A stretch of DNA of 64,000 nucleotides from an uncultured bacterium. GTDB lineage: Bacteria > Patescibacteriota > Patescibacteriia > Magasanikbacterales > GWA2-37-8. Numbering within the stretch: the stretch's first letter is position 1; every line of letters begins with the position of its first letter. Both the position numbers and the translations under genes were made by a program. The stretch covers positions 124,459-188,458 of the forward strand of contig CALCZC010000007.1 of NCBI GenBank assembly GCA_937903605.1, read 5' to 3'. A model generated the notes under the pieces. That model saw nothing but the letters and a program-made list of their open reading frames with translations, had not been told where the DNA came from and did not search any database. Shown piece by piece: positions 22,672 through 31,168 of this stretch.

Positions 22672-24477
22672 ATGATTTTTAACAAATCAAATCAACAAAC
22701 AAATAGACCGCCACAGAGAAGTGGTGGACAAAAATTCTACCGTCGAAACAGCGCGGCCAGACAAGGACATATAAACACTACGGCTCGTCCTTCTTTTGCG
22801 CGTTTTCGTACAGAAAATAAAAAGCTTCGTGTTATGGTTTTGGGAGGACTAGAAGAGGTCGGCCGAAATTGTACACTTTTTGAATATGGTGATGATATTA
22901 TTATCATTGACATGGGGTTACAATTTCCCGAAGAAGATATGCCTGGTATTGATTATATTATCCCAAACATGTCTTATCTAAAAGGTAAAGAAAAAAATAT
23001 CCGCGGTGTTATCATAACCCACGCTCACTATGATCATATCGGTGGTATCCCCCACCTTATACCGCTACTTAACTATCCACCAATTTTCGGATTACCTCTG
23101 ACCAATGCTATTATTAAAAAACGTCAAGAAGATTATAAAAATCTCAAACCACTCAATATTCACAACATTACTACCGAAGATAAGCTCCGTTTAGGTAGTT
23201 TTGAATTGGAGTTCTTTCATCTCAATCACAATATTCCTGATACCATGGGTATAGTGATAAAAACTCCAGAAGGTAATATCGTTCATACCGGTGACTGGAA
23301 ATTTGATCATCAGCCATCAGGCGAAAAACCAGCCGATTTACAACGTATCGCCAGAATAGGCTCTGAAGGGGTCTTGGCTTTAATGTCTGATTCTACCAAT
23401 GCTTCTCAACCCGGCAATCAAATGTCTGAATCTGAAATTCGCGGAAATTTGGATGAAATAGTTTCCAAAGCTCCAGGACGTCTCATCATTGGCACTTTTG
23501 CATCTCTGCTTTCTCGCATAAAACAGATCGTGGAAATTTGCGAAAAACATGGTAAGGTTATTGCTCTTGATGGTTTTTCTATGAAAAGCAACGTGGAAAT
23601 TGCCAAACAACTCGGCTATATGAAATTTTCACCAAAAACCCTGATTGATCTACGCCACGTCCATAACTATCCAAATAATAAAGTTGTAATAATGTGTACC
23701 GGTGCGCAAGGCGAAAAAAATGCTTCACTTATGCGTATTGCTAATGGTGAACATAATTTTGTCAAATTAATTCCCGGAGACACGGTCGTATTTTCTTCTT
23801 CAGTTATTCCCGGCAACGAACGCACGGTACAACGTCTCAAAGATACCTTATTTCGCAAAGGCGCCGAGGTTATTCATTATCAAATGATGGACGTTCATGC
23901 CGGCGGTCATGCCAAAGCTGATGATGTTAAATTGATGATCCGCTTGCTTAATCCAAAATATTTTATTCCGATTGAGGGTAATCACTTTTTATTGCATTAT
24001 AATGCCAGAGTAGCCACTTCCATGGGTTTCCCCAAAGAAAATTGTTTTATCGCTGATAATGGACAAGTTATGGAATTTTCCGCCGGAACCGGAAAACTTA
24101 CCAAAGAAAAAATCAACGCCGATTACGTCTTTGTGGATGGACTCGGAGTATCTGATGAAACAAATATTGTACTTCGTGATCGTCAGGTTTTGGCTGAAGA
24201 TGGTATGATCGTGGTTATCGCCACCGTGGACAGCAAAACCGGAAAACTTATTCAAAATCCGGATATTATCTCGCGTGGTTTTGTCTTCCTCAAAGAAAAT
24301 AAAGAAATGATCGAGGATCTGCGCCATCGCGTGAAAAAGATGGTTATAGACTCTGATCCGCTTTCTTGGGCCGATACCAATAATATACGCAATAAGATTC
24401 GCGATTATGTTGGACAGTTTCTCTATACAAAGACTGAAAAAAGACCGATGGTGTTGCCAGTGGTGATTGAAGTATAA
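22672..24477 (+). CDS. rnj: Ribonuclease J
   Basis: LGGLEEVGRN, THAHYDHIGG, HTGDWKFD, SDSTNA, TGAQGE, HAGGHA, RPMVLPV. Confidence 0.95.
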   Translation: MIFNKSNQQTNRPPQRSGGQKFYRRNSAARQGHINTTARPSFARFRTENKKLRVMVLGGLEEVGRNCTLFEYGDDIIIIDMGLQFPEEDMPGIDYIIPNMSYLKGKEKNIRGVIITHAHYDHIGGIPHLIPLLNYPPIFGLPLTNAIIKKRQEDYKNLKPLNIHNITTEDKLRLGSFELEFFHLNHNIPDTMGIVIKTPEGNIVHTGDWKFDHQPSGEKPADLQRIARIGSEGVLALMSDSTNASQPGNQMSESEIRGNLDEIVSKAPGRLIIGTFASLLSRIKQIVEICEKHGKVIALDGFSMKSNVEIAKQLGYMKFSPKTLIDLRHVHNYPNNKVVIMCTGAQGEKNASLMRIANGEHNFVKLIPGDTVVFSSSVIPGNERTVQRLKDTLFRKGAEVIHYQMMDVHAGGHAKADDVKLMIRLLNPKYFIPIEGNHFLLHYNARVATSMGFPKENCFIADNGQVMEFSAGTGKLTKEKINADYVFVDGLGVSDETNIVLRDRQVLAEDGMIVVIATVDSKTGKLIQNPDIISRGFVFLKENKEMIEDLRHRVKKMVIDSDPLSWADTNNIRNKIRDYVGQFLYTKTEKRPMVLPVVIEV

Positions 24478-24513
24478 AAGCAAATAAGCCGATAAGCTTA
24501 TAAGCTAGTAAGC

Positions 24514-24547
24514 AACAAAAAACTTCGCTGATTAGGCGAAGTTTTTT
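24514..24547. terminator. Bidirectional intrinsic terminator
   Basis: AAAAAACTTCGC-TGATTAG-GCGAAGTTTTTT; near-identical to 5887-5921. Confidence 0.8.
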
Positions 24548-24558
24548 AAATTTATTTT

Positions 24559-24774
24559 TTATTCTTCAGGATCACTATCCGGAGTATCTGCAAAATCTCT
24601 ATTTGATGCAAAATTTCCACTCATCTTTCTTTCTTTTGAAGTAGGCTTAATCTCGCCTCTTTCTACTTTTTTCTTATAATCTTCATAAAGCTTTCTTGAT
24701 TCTTCTTGTTCTTTAGGTGTTAAATCTGGCAAGGGCCTTTTTTCACCTCTCGAACCAAAACTAAAATTTCCCAT
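24559..24774 (-). CDS. Small hypothetical protein
   Basis: 71-aa ORF with a TTGACA-17-TATAAT promoter upstream (about 24817-24845) and a terminator downstream. Confidence 0.65.
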   Translation of the reverse strand: MGNFSFGSRGEKRPLPDLTPKEQEESRKLYEDYKKKVERGEIKPTSKERKMSGNFASNRDFADTPDSDPEE

Positions 24775-24892
24775 ATTTTTATATTTAAAAATTAAATATT
24801 TCTAAAATACCTGTATATTATAGCATAAAAAGGCGGTTTTGTCAATTTAAACAACAAAAGCACCCGTTTTGGGTACTTTTGTTATATGTTTC

Positions 24893-25355
24893 GCTCAAAG
24901 CTATAAGCCGAATTTCGTCTACCCGTTTTTAAATTAAAAACGAGGAGATGGTCATTTATCTTGTCGGTCACATCACTGCGCCGATCTTTGCGAGCTAACT
25001 TTCTGAATTCCTGACTAAAAAGTCGGAAAACATTGCTCTTGCGCCAGGCAGGGTTTGGCACGTTTTGGCATTGCTGCCAATCGAGTATGATAGCCCATAT
25101 ATAAGACCTTCATACACTTTTCACCTTTGGCGAGGAAAAATCCTCGTTAGTATAGTCTCTGTGCCACTTTCCCTTTTACATTGTTACCAATGCAACGGCG
25201 GGTATTACCCGCTACCCCTTACCTTTCAGACAAACGAGACCTCTAAAAACCAAGAAATTCTTAATTTTTAGCCTGTCTATAATTGCTTGCCGATAGAGGC
25301 GTTCGGACTTTCCTCTCGGGTCGTATTCCGACCCAAGCGACCATCCGCTTTGAAC
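24893..25355 (-). ncRNA. rnpB: RNase P RNA
   Basis: Minus strand carries GAGGAAAGTCCGAAC near the 5' end, AGTGGCACAGAGA, GGTGAAAAG, GCAAGAGCAA, AGATAAATG and ...AATTCGGCTTAT at the 3' end, with P1 GTTCAAAGC/GCTTTGAGC; TTGACA promoter at 25385-25390. Confidence 0.93.
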
Positions 25356-25432
25356 CTTACCACTATATCATAATTTTTTACTTTTGTCAAGAGTGTTGGG
25401 TTTTATTTGTGCTAACTATAGCAAAAAATATA

Positions 25433-25570
25433 AAATCCCAATGTCCAAATCCCAATTCCCAATCAAGGCCCAATGCCTAAATGATCAAATATTTTTAAGA
25501 TTTTGGGCTTAGGATTTGACCTGCCTACCGGCAGGCAGGTTGGTCATTGGTCATTAGGGTTTGGTCATTT
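25433..25570. repeat. Inverted heptamer array carrying an inserted 20-bp palindrome (25520-25539)
   Basis: Reverse complement aligns with 13471-13587 except for CCTGCCTACCGGCAGGCAGG. Confidence 0.8.
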
Positions 25571-25643
25571 GAGCTCTTTGACTTTATGTGATTTTTGTAA
25601 TAAAATATCATTAACTTGATTTATTTATTTTTCTTCATTTTGT

Positions 25644-27062
25644 ATGAAGCGTTTCGAACTTTTTTTTACCTTTCTCCAGCTTCCTATTGATTATCTTATG
25701 ATAGTTTTGGCCGGATTTTCCGCCTATAGTCTTCGTTATACCGAATTTATCAAAAGCATTCGCCCGATAATGTTTGATCTGACTTGGCACACTTATTGGC
25801 CTATAGTTCTTCTGGTTGCCGGAGTTTGGATAATCATCTTTGCTTTTTCCGGACTTTATCATGCCGATCCCAATCGTCGCTTACTCAAAGACATTAATCG
25901 CATCTTCTTTGCCTGCGCCACCGGATTTGCCGGTATCACAATCTATGTATTTTTTACTTTGCAAAAATTTGATTCTCGTTTTCTGGTTTTGATGGGATGG
26001 ATTTTGGCGGTTGTTTATGTGATTTTTGCTCGTGCCATTATTCGCGGTCTAAAAATATTTTTATACAGTCGCGGTTTTGGTTTACGCAAAACCGTGATTA
26101 TAGGAGCTCAAAATATCGCTCTTCGCTTAATGGAAAATATAAATAATCAACCGATGCTTGGTTATAAACTGGTCGGTAATTTTGAAACTTTTAATGAAGA
26201 AATTGCCAATAAAATAAAAAATCTCAAACCTGATGATATTATTTTTGCCGATCCTAAGGCCAATCAAGAAGAAGCTCTCTCAGCCATAGATTTTGCCAAC
26301 GAACACCATCTATCTTTCAAATATTCCGCTGATCTACTTGATACCATTACCTCCAACATTTCACTTAGTACAATTGACGACATACCGATTATTGAACTTC
26401 GTCGAACCAGACTAAATGTCTGGGGTAGAATTTTCAAACGAATTTTGGATATTATTGGTAGTTTGATTTTAATAATAATTTTTTCTCCAATTTATCTAGT
26501 TGTTTCTTTGATAATACTCATAGAAACCGGGCGACCGATAATTTATAAAAACGAAAGAGTCGGACAAAAAGGAATTTTATTTTTTACTTACAAATTTCGT
26601 TCCATGTATCAGAAATATTGCACCGGCAAACAGTTTGGCTCTCAAGGTCAAGAAGCTTTGGAAAAAGAAAAAGAACTGATAAAAGAATTGAACACCAAAA
26701 AAGGCCCGGTTTACAAAATAGAAAACGATCCGCGTGTCACACCTTTTGGCCGTTTTATCCGTCGCTGGAGTTTGGATGAATTTCCTCAATTTTTCAATGT
26801 TTTTATCGGCAATATGAGCTTAGTCGGACCTCGTCCGCACCAACCGCGCGAAGTGGAAAAATATAAAAAACATCACAAAATAGTTTTGGCTATCAAACCT
26901 GGCATTACCGGTCTGGCACAAATTTCCGGACGCAGCGACCTGAGTTTTGAAGACGAAATCAAACTGGATACTTTTTATATTGAAAACTGGAGGTTGCTGC
27001 TAGACTTTATTATTCTAATTAAAACACCCTTTGTAGTTTTGAGTCGCAAGGGAGCGAAATAA
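25644..27062 (+). CDS. Polyprenyl-phosphate hexose-1-phosphate transferase (WcaJ/WbaP-like priming sugar transferase)
   Basis: N-terminal TM segments; KRILDI, YKFRSM, DPRVTPFGRFIRRWSLDEFPQ, MSLVGPRP, KPGITGLAQ. Confidence 0.92.
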   Translation: MKRFELFFTFLQLPIDYLMIVLAGFSAYSLRYTEFIKSIRPIMFDLTWHTYWPIVLLVAGVWIIIFAFSGLYHADPNRRLLKDINRIFFACATGFAGITIYVFFTLQKFDSRFLVLMGWILAVVYVIFARAIIRGLKIFLYSRGFGLRKTVIIGAQNIALRLMENINNQPMLGYKLVGNFETFNEEIANKIKNLKPDDIIFADPKANQEEALSAIDFANEHHLSFKYSADLLDTITSNISLSTIDDIPIIELRRTRLNVWGRIFKRILDIIGSLILIIIFSPIYLVVSLIILIETGRPIIYKNERVGQKGILFFTYKFRSMYQKYCTGKQFGSQGQEALEKEKELIKELNTKKGPVYKIENDPRVTPFGRFIRRWSLDEFPQFFNVFIGNMSLVGPRPHQPREVEKYKKHHKIVLAIKPGITGLAQISGRSDLSFEDEIKLDTFYIENWRLLLDFIILIKTPFVVLSRKGAK

Positions 27063-27110
27063 AAAAATTTTAGATTTAAGATTTTTGATTTTAGATTACG
27101 AACAAAGACC

Positions 27111-27207
27111 GTCATCCTGATCCTGCCTAGGCGGAGAAGGATCCCTTAAACAAGGCTTTAAGAAATAAGTTAAACTATACGGGATTCTTCGTTTCACTCA
27201 GAATGAC
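27111..27207. repeat. GTCAT...ATGAC miniature inverted-repeat element, subfamily 1, copy C
   Basis: Same spacer as the 1311 and 8004 copies with a few substitutions; contains the TCC(T)GCCTAGGCGGA hairpin as in copy A. Confidence 0.88.
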
Positions 27208-27234
27208 GAGCTGTTCATCGGATTATAATATTTT

Positions 27235-28353
27235 ATGAACATCGCATTAGTCCATGATTATTTAGCGCAAGACGGGGGCGCAGAAAAAGTTTTGAAAGCC
27301 CTCCACGAAATTTGGCCGGAGGCGCCAATTTTTGTTTTATTTCATGATGAAAAAAAACTAGAGCAATTTAAAAAAGAACAAGTTAAAGAAAGTTTTTTGA
27401 AAAACTTTCCTTTTATTCACTCTCATTATCAATGGTATCTGCCTTTTATGCCAATAGCGATAGAACGATTGGATCTAAAAAATTTTGATTTGGTAATTTC
27501 CAGCACTTCTCTCTTTGCCAAAGGAGTAATAACAACCCCGTCCACTCTACACATTTCTTATTGTCACACTCCTCCTCGATTTTTGTGGTCAGATACTCAT
27601 AAGTATCTCAGTGATTTTCGTTATAATTTTTTTATAAAACTTTTTTCTCCCAATTTTATTCATCGCTTACGTTTGTGGGATAAAATGAGTGCTGACCGTG
27701 TGGATGAGTTTATCGCCAATTCTTTTACTGTCGCCAAACGTATTCAAAAATTTTACCGCCGTGAAGCAACCATTATTAATCCACCGGTGGAAACAGAAAA
27801 ATTCAAAATTTCTCCTACTCTTGGTGATTATTATCTTTGCGGGGGCAGATTGGTGCCTTACAAAAAAATAGATTTGGTCATCAAGGTCTTTAATCGCCTG
27901 GGAAAACCCTTAAAAATATTTGGTGACGGACCTGAATTAAAACATTTAAAAAAGGTAGCTAAATCAAATATTGAATTCCTGGGTCGCATTACCGAAGATC
28001 AAAAAACAGATTTGATGAGTAAAGCCTTGGCTTTTATCAACCCTCAATTGGAGGATTTTGGCATTACCGCGATAGAAAGCATGGCTGCCGGAAGACCGGT
28101 CATAGCTTATGGTGTTGGTGGGGCGGGAGAAACTGTTATCGATGGTGAAACCGGCATTCTTATTAAAAACCAGACTTGGGAAAGTCTTTTTGACACCATT
28201 TTAAATTTTCATCCCGAAAATTGGGACAGTGCCAGGATTCGTGCACATGCGGAAAAATTTAGTGAAGAAATTTTTAAAGAAAAAATGCAACGATTTGTGA
28301 CTGATAAGTATGAGGAATTTAAGAAAGGACTCATCCAAAATAAACTATTTTAA
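27235..28353 (+). CDS. Glycosyltransferase family 4
   Basis: IALVHDYL..GGAEKV, RLVPYKKID, EDFGITAIESMAAGRPVIA. Confidence 0.92.
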   Translation: MNIALVHDYLAQDGGAEKVLKALHEIWPEAPIFVLFHDEKKLEQFKKEQVKESFLKNFPFIHSHYQWYLPFMPIAIERLDLKNFDLVISSTSLFAKGVITTPSTLHISYCHTPPRFLWSDTHKYLSDFRYNFFIKLFSPNFIHRLRLWDKMSADRVDEFIANSFTVAKRIQKFYRREATIINPPVETEKFKISPTLGDYYLCGGRLVPYKKIDLVIKVFNRLGKPLKIFGDGPELKHLKKVAKSNIEFLGRITEDQKTDLMSKALAFINPQLEDFGITAIESMAAGRPVIAYGVGGAGETVIDGETGILIKNQTWESLFDTILNFHPENWDSARIRAHAEKFSEEIFKEKMQRFVTDKYEEFKKGLIQNKLF

Positions 28354-28361
28354 AATTACCT

Positions 28362-29492
28362 ATGAATATAGGTGTTGATATCCGCCCGCTCCTGTCCCCT
28401 GTTCGTACCGGAGTCGGCGAATATACATTTGAGCTTCTCAACGCAATATTCCAAATTGATAAACAAAATCAATATTTTTTATTTTATAATTCTTATAAAG
28501 ACTTGGATAAATATTTACCAAGCTGGAAATACGAAAATGTCCGTTTTATAAAAAAAAATTGGTCAAACAAGCTTTTCAATTTTTGCCAAAAATTTCTAAA
28601 CTGGCCAAAAATAGATCTTTTTGTAGCCAAAGAATTCTCTTTGGAAAAACTGGATTATTTTTTTTCTCCTAATCTAAATTTTACTGCTTTGAGTAAAAAA
28701 CCCAAGAAAATTCTAACTATCCACGATCTCTCTTTTGATTTTTTTCCAGAATATCTTTCTTTTAAACAAAAACTTTGGCACCTCTTTATCAACCCTAAAA
28801 AGCAATGTTTTGGCGCCGACATAATACTGGCCCCGAGCAAAAACACCAAAAGAGATCTAATAGATTTTTATAATCTGTCTGAAAACAAAATCCGCACAAT
28901 TTATCCGGGGCTTTCTTCTATTTTTCAAAATATCACTGAAAACAAAAAAAATTTGAATTTGCCGGACAATTATATTTTATTTTTGGGAGCTCTCGAACCT
29001 CGCAAAAATATCCTAGGAGTTATTGAAGCTTATGAAAAAGCTTTTACTCGCTTATCTCTCCCGTATCATTTGGTAATTGCCGGCGCACCTGGATGGAAAA
29101 ATAAAGAAATCTTTGAAAAAATAGAGGGTTCTCCGTTAAAACAAAAAATAACTTTCATCGGTTATGTGAAAAACGAAGATAAACCGGAACTTTATCGTCG
29201 AGCGAGTATTTTTGTTTATCCTTCATTTTATGAGGGTTTTGGTTTTCCTGTTTTAGAAGCTATGTATTGTCATGTTCCAGTCATAACAAGCAATGTATCC
29301 TCTCTGGTAGAAATAACTTCAAAAAACGCTTACTTGGTAGATCCTAATAAACCGGAGCAGATATCTGACGGCTTAATCAAAATACTTAATAAACAAAATA
29401 TAAAAAATAATTTAATATCAAAAGCTAAAATCCGATCTGAAAAATTTTCTTGGAGCTCATCAGCAAAAGATTTTTTGAATATTTTAAAATAA
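28362..29492 (+). CDS. Glycosyltransferase family 4
   Basis: TGVGEY, TIHDL, EPRKNI, YPSFYEGFGFPVLEAM. Confidence 0.92.
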   Translation: MNIGVDIRPLLSPVRTGVGEYTFELLNAIFQIDKQNQYFLFYNSYKDLDKYLPSWKYENVRFIKKNWSNKLFNFCQKFLNWPKIDLFVAKEFSLEKLDYFFSPNLNFTALSKKPKKILTIHDLSFDFFPEYLSFKQKLWHLFINPKKQCFGADIILAPSKNTKRDLIDFYNLSENKIRTIYPGLSSIFQNITENKKNLNLPDNYILFLGALEPRKNILGVIEAYEKAFTRLSLPYHLVIAGAPGWKNKEIFEKIEGSPLKQKITFIGYVKNEDKPELYRRASIFVYPSFYEGFGFPVLEAMYCHVPVITSNVSSLVEITSKNAYLVDPNKPEQISDGLIKILNKQNIKNNLISKAKIRSEKFSWSSSAKDFLNILK

Positions 29493-29537
29493 AATAAGAC
29501 CCTTGGTAAAGGGTCTTTGTTTTTAGTAGCTACAAGG

Positions 29538-29768
29538 CTACATTTCTTTTATGACAAAACCTTCCATTATTTTGTCTTCTTCTTTGCTATTGACCGGTTC
29601 CTGGCTGATGACTCCGCATGTTTTACAATTCATTTTCCTCCACAATGTCCCCACACACATAGCATAATAGGCTACATGGGGAACGGGTTTTTTTTCTTTA
29701 CCACTGCATTGACCGCAAATACGATCAACTTCTTCAGTTTCCTTTTTCTTCAAAAGAGGTTTGGTCAT
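29538..29768 (-). CDS. Small zinc-ribbon protein (CxxC...H...CxxC), boxA-cassette gene
   Basis: True start is MTKPLL at 29768, preceded by GGAGG, boxA-like GTTCTTTCGACAA and TTGACA-17-TAAAAT; CGQC...H...CKTC. Confidence 0.75.
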   Translation of the reverse strand: MTKPLLKKKETEEVDRICGQCSGKEKKPVPHVAYYAMCVGTLWRKMNCKTCGVISQEPVNSKEEDKIMEGFVIKEM

Positions 29769-29917
29769 TGGCGCCTCCAAAGACAGGTTGGGTGATTTGT
29801 CGAAAGAACAAGAAGAAACTATTTTATCCCTCTTTTTTTTGTTTGTCAAATTTATCCAATCAATCAATTCGGAAAAAACTTGGCTTAACCAAAAATTTAC
29901 ATTATACTTAAAACAAT

Positions 29918-31093
29918 ATGAAAATAGGGATAGATGCGCGCCTATACGGTCCAAAACAGGGCGGCTTAGGACGATATCTACAACAATTGATAGAAGGACT
30001 AGAAAAAACGGATTTGCAAAACGATTACGTAGTTTTTTTGCGTCAAGAAAATTTTTTCGCCTATACACCCGTCAATCCTCGTTTCAAAAAGGCACTGGCC
30101 GATATCCCATGGTATGGCTGGCAAGAGCAAATTTTACTGCCTAGAATTTTGAAAAAAGAAAATTGTGATTTTGTCCATTTTCCCCACTGGAATATCCCTG
30201 TTTTTTATAACAAAAAATTTATAGTCACCATTCACGATCTAATTTTGTTCCATTATCCAAGTCGCCAATCCAGCACCTTGGGACCGTTGAAATATTTTTT
30301 TAAAAATCTCGCCTATAGATTTATTTTGCGTCATGCGGTTAAAAAAGCCACTCAAATAATAACCCCAAGTAATTTTACCAAACAGGATGTAACTAAAAAC
30401 CTACACGTTCCGGAAGAAAAAATCACCGTAACATATCTTGCCCCTGTCTTAAAAAATAATATCCAATATCCAACCTTGCCTACCGGCAGGCAGGTATCCA
30501 ATACTAACAACCAACAAAATAATGATAAAAACCAAAAAATCCTTCAAAAACATGGGATAACCAAAAATTACCTGTTATATGTCGGTGTTGCTTATCCTCA
30601 CAAAAACCTGGAACGTCTGGTTAGAGCTTGGAAAATGTTTGAGAAACAAAACAAAAATTTTCAACTTGTTCTGGTTGGCAAAAAAAATTATTTTTACGAT
30701 CGCTTGATAAATTCCGAAATTTTCAAAAGTTGTAAAGATGTCATTTTTACCGATTTTATTCTTGATGAGAATCTAGTTGATATTTACAAAAACTCCAGCG
30801 CTTATATTTTTCCGTCTTTATACGAAGGTTTCGGACTACCGCCGCTTGAAGCTATGCAATATGGCATCCCGGTTATTTCTTCAAATAAAACCTGTCTCCC
30901 AGAAATTTTGGGAGATGTCGCTTTATATTTTGAGCCGCAAAATGAACAAGATATTTGTTCAAAAATCAATCTTATTTTAACCGATTCAGATACACGCCAA
31001 AAACTTATCAACAACATACCGGATATTTTGTCTAAATATAGCCAAAAAAATACCGCTGAAACTACTTTATCGGTTTATAAAAAAATGGTATAA
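29918..31093 (+). CDS. Glycosyltransferase family 4 with an in-frame repeat insertion
   Basis: MKIGIDAR..GGLGRY, TIHDL, YPHKNL, FPSLYEGFGLPPLEAM. Confidence 0.92.
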   Translation: MKIGIDARLYGPKQGGLGRYLQQLIEGLEKTDLQNDYVVFLRQENFFAYTPVNPRFKKALADIPWYGWQEQILLPRILKKENCDFVHFPHWNIPVFYNKKFIVTIHDLILFHYPSRQSSTLGPLKYFFKNLAYRFILRHAVKKATQIITPSNFTKQDVTKNLHVPEEKITVTYLAPVLKNNIQYPTLPTGRQVSNTNNQQNNDKNQKILQKHGITKNYLLYVGVAYPHKNLERLVRAWKMFEKQNKNFQLVLVGKKNYFYDRLINSEIFKSCKDVIFTDFILDENLVDIYKNSSAYIFPSLYEGFGLPPLEAMQYGIPVISSNKTCLPEILGDVALYFEPQNEQDICSKINLILTDSDTRQKLINNIPDILSKYSQKNTAETTLSVYKKMV

Positions 31094-31168
31094 TAAATAA
31101 AATAATAAATTCAAAATCACAAATCCCAAATTTTGTGAATTTTTTTCGGATTTCAAAAAATTTTAGTC

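Noticed and set aside
25065-25480. ORFs 25065..25271 and 25283..25480
   Set aside because: They are antisense to RNase P RNA and run into a repeat array; no protein features.
29769-30068. N-terminal 100 aa of the 176-aa ORF 29538..30068
   Set aside because: It overlaps the GT4 gene on the opposite strand and runs through a clear promoter/boxA/SD; the real start is 29768.
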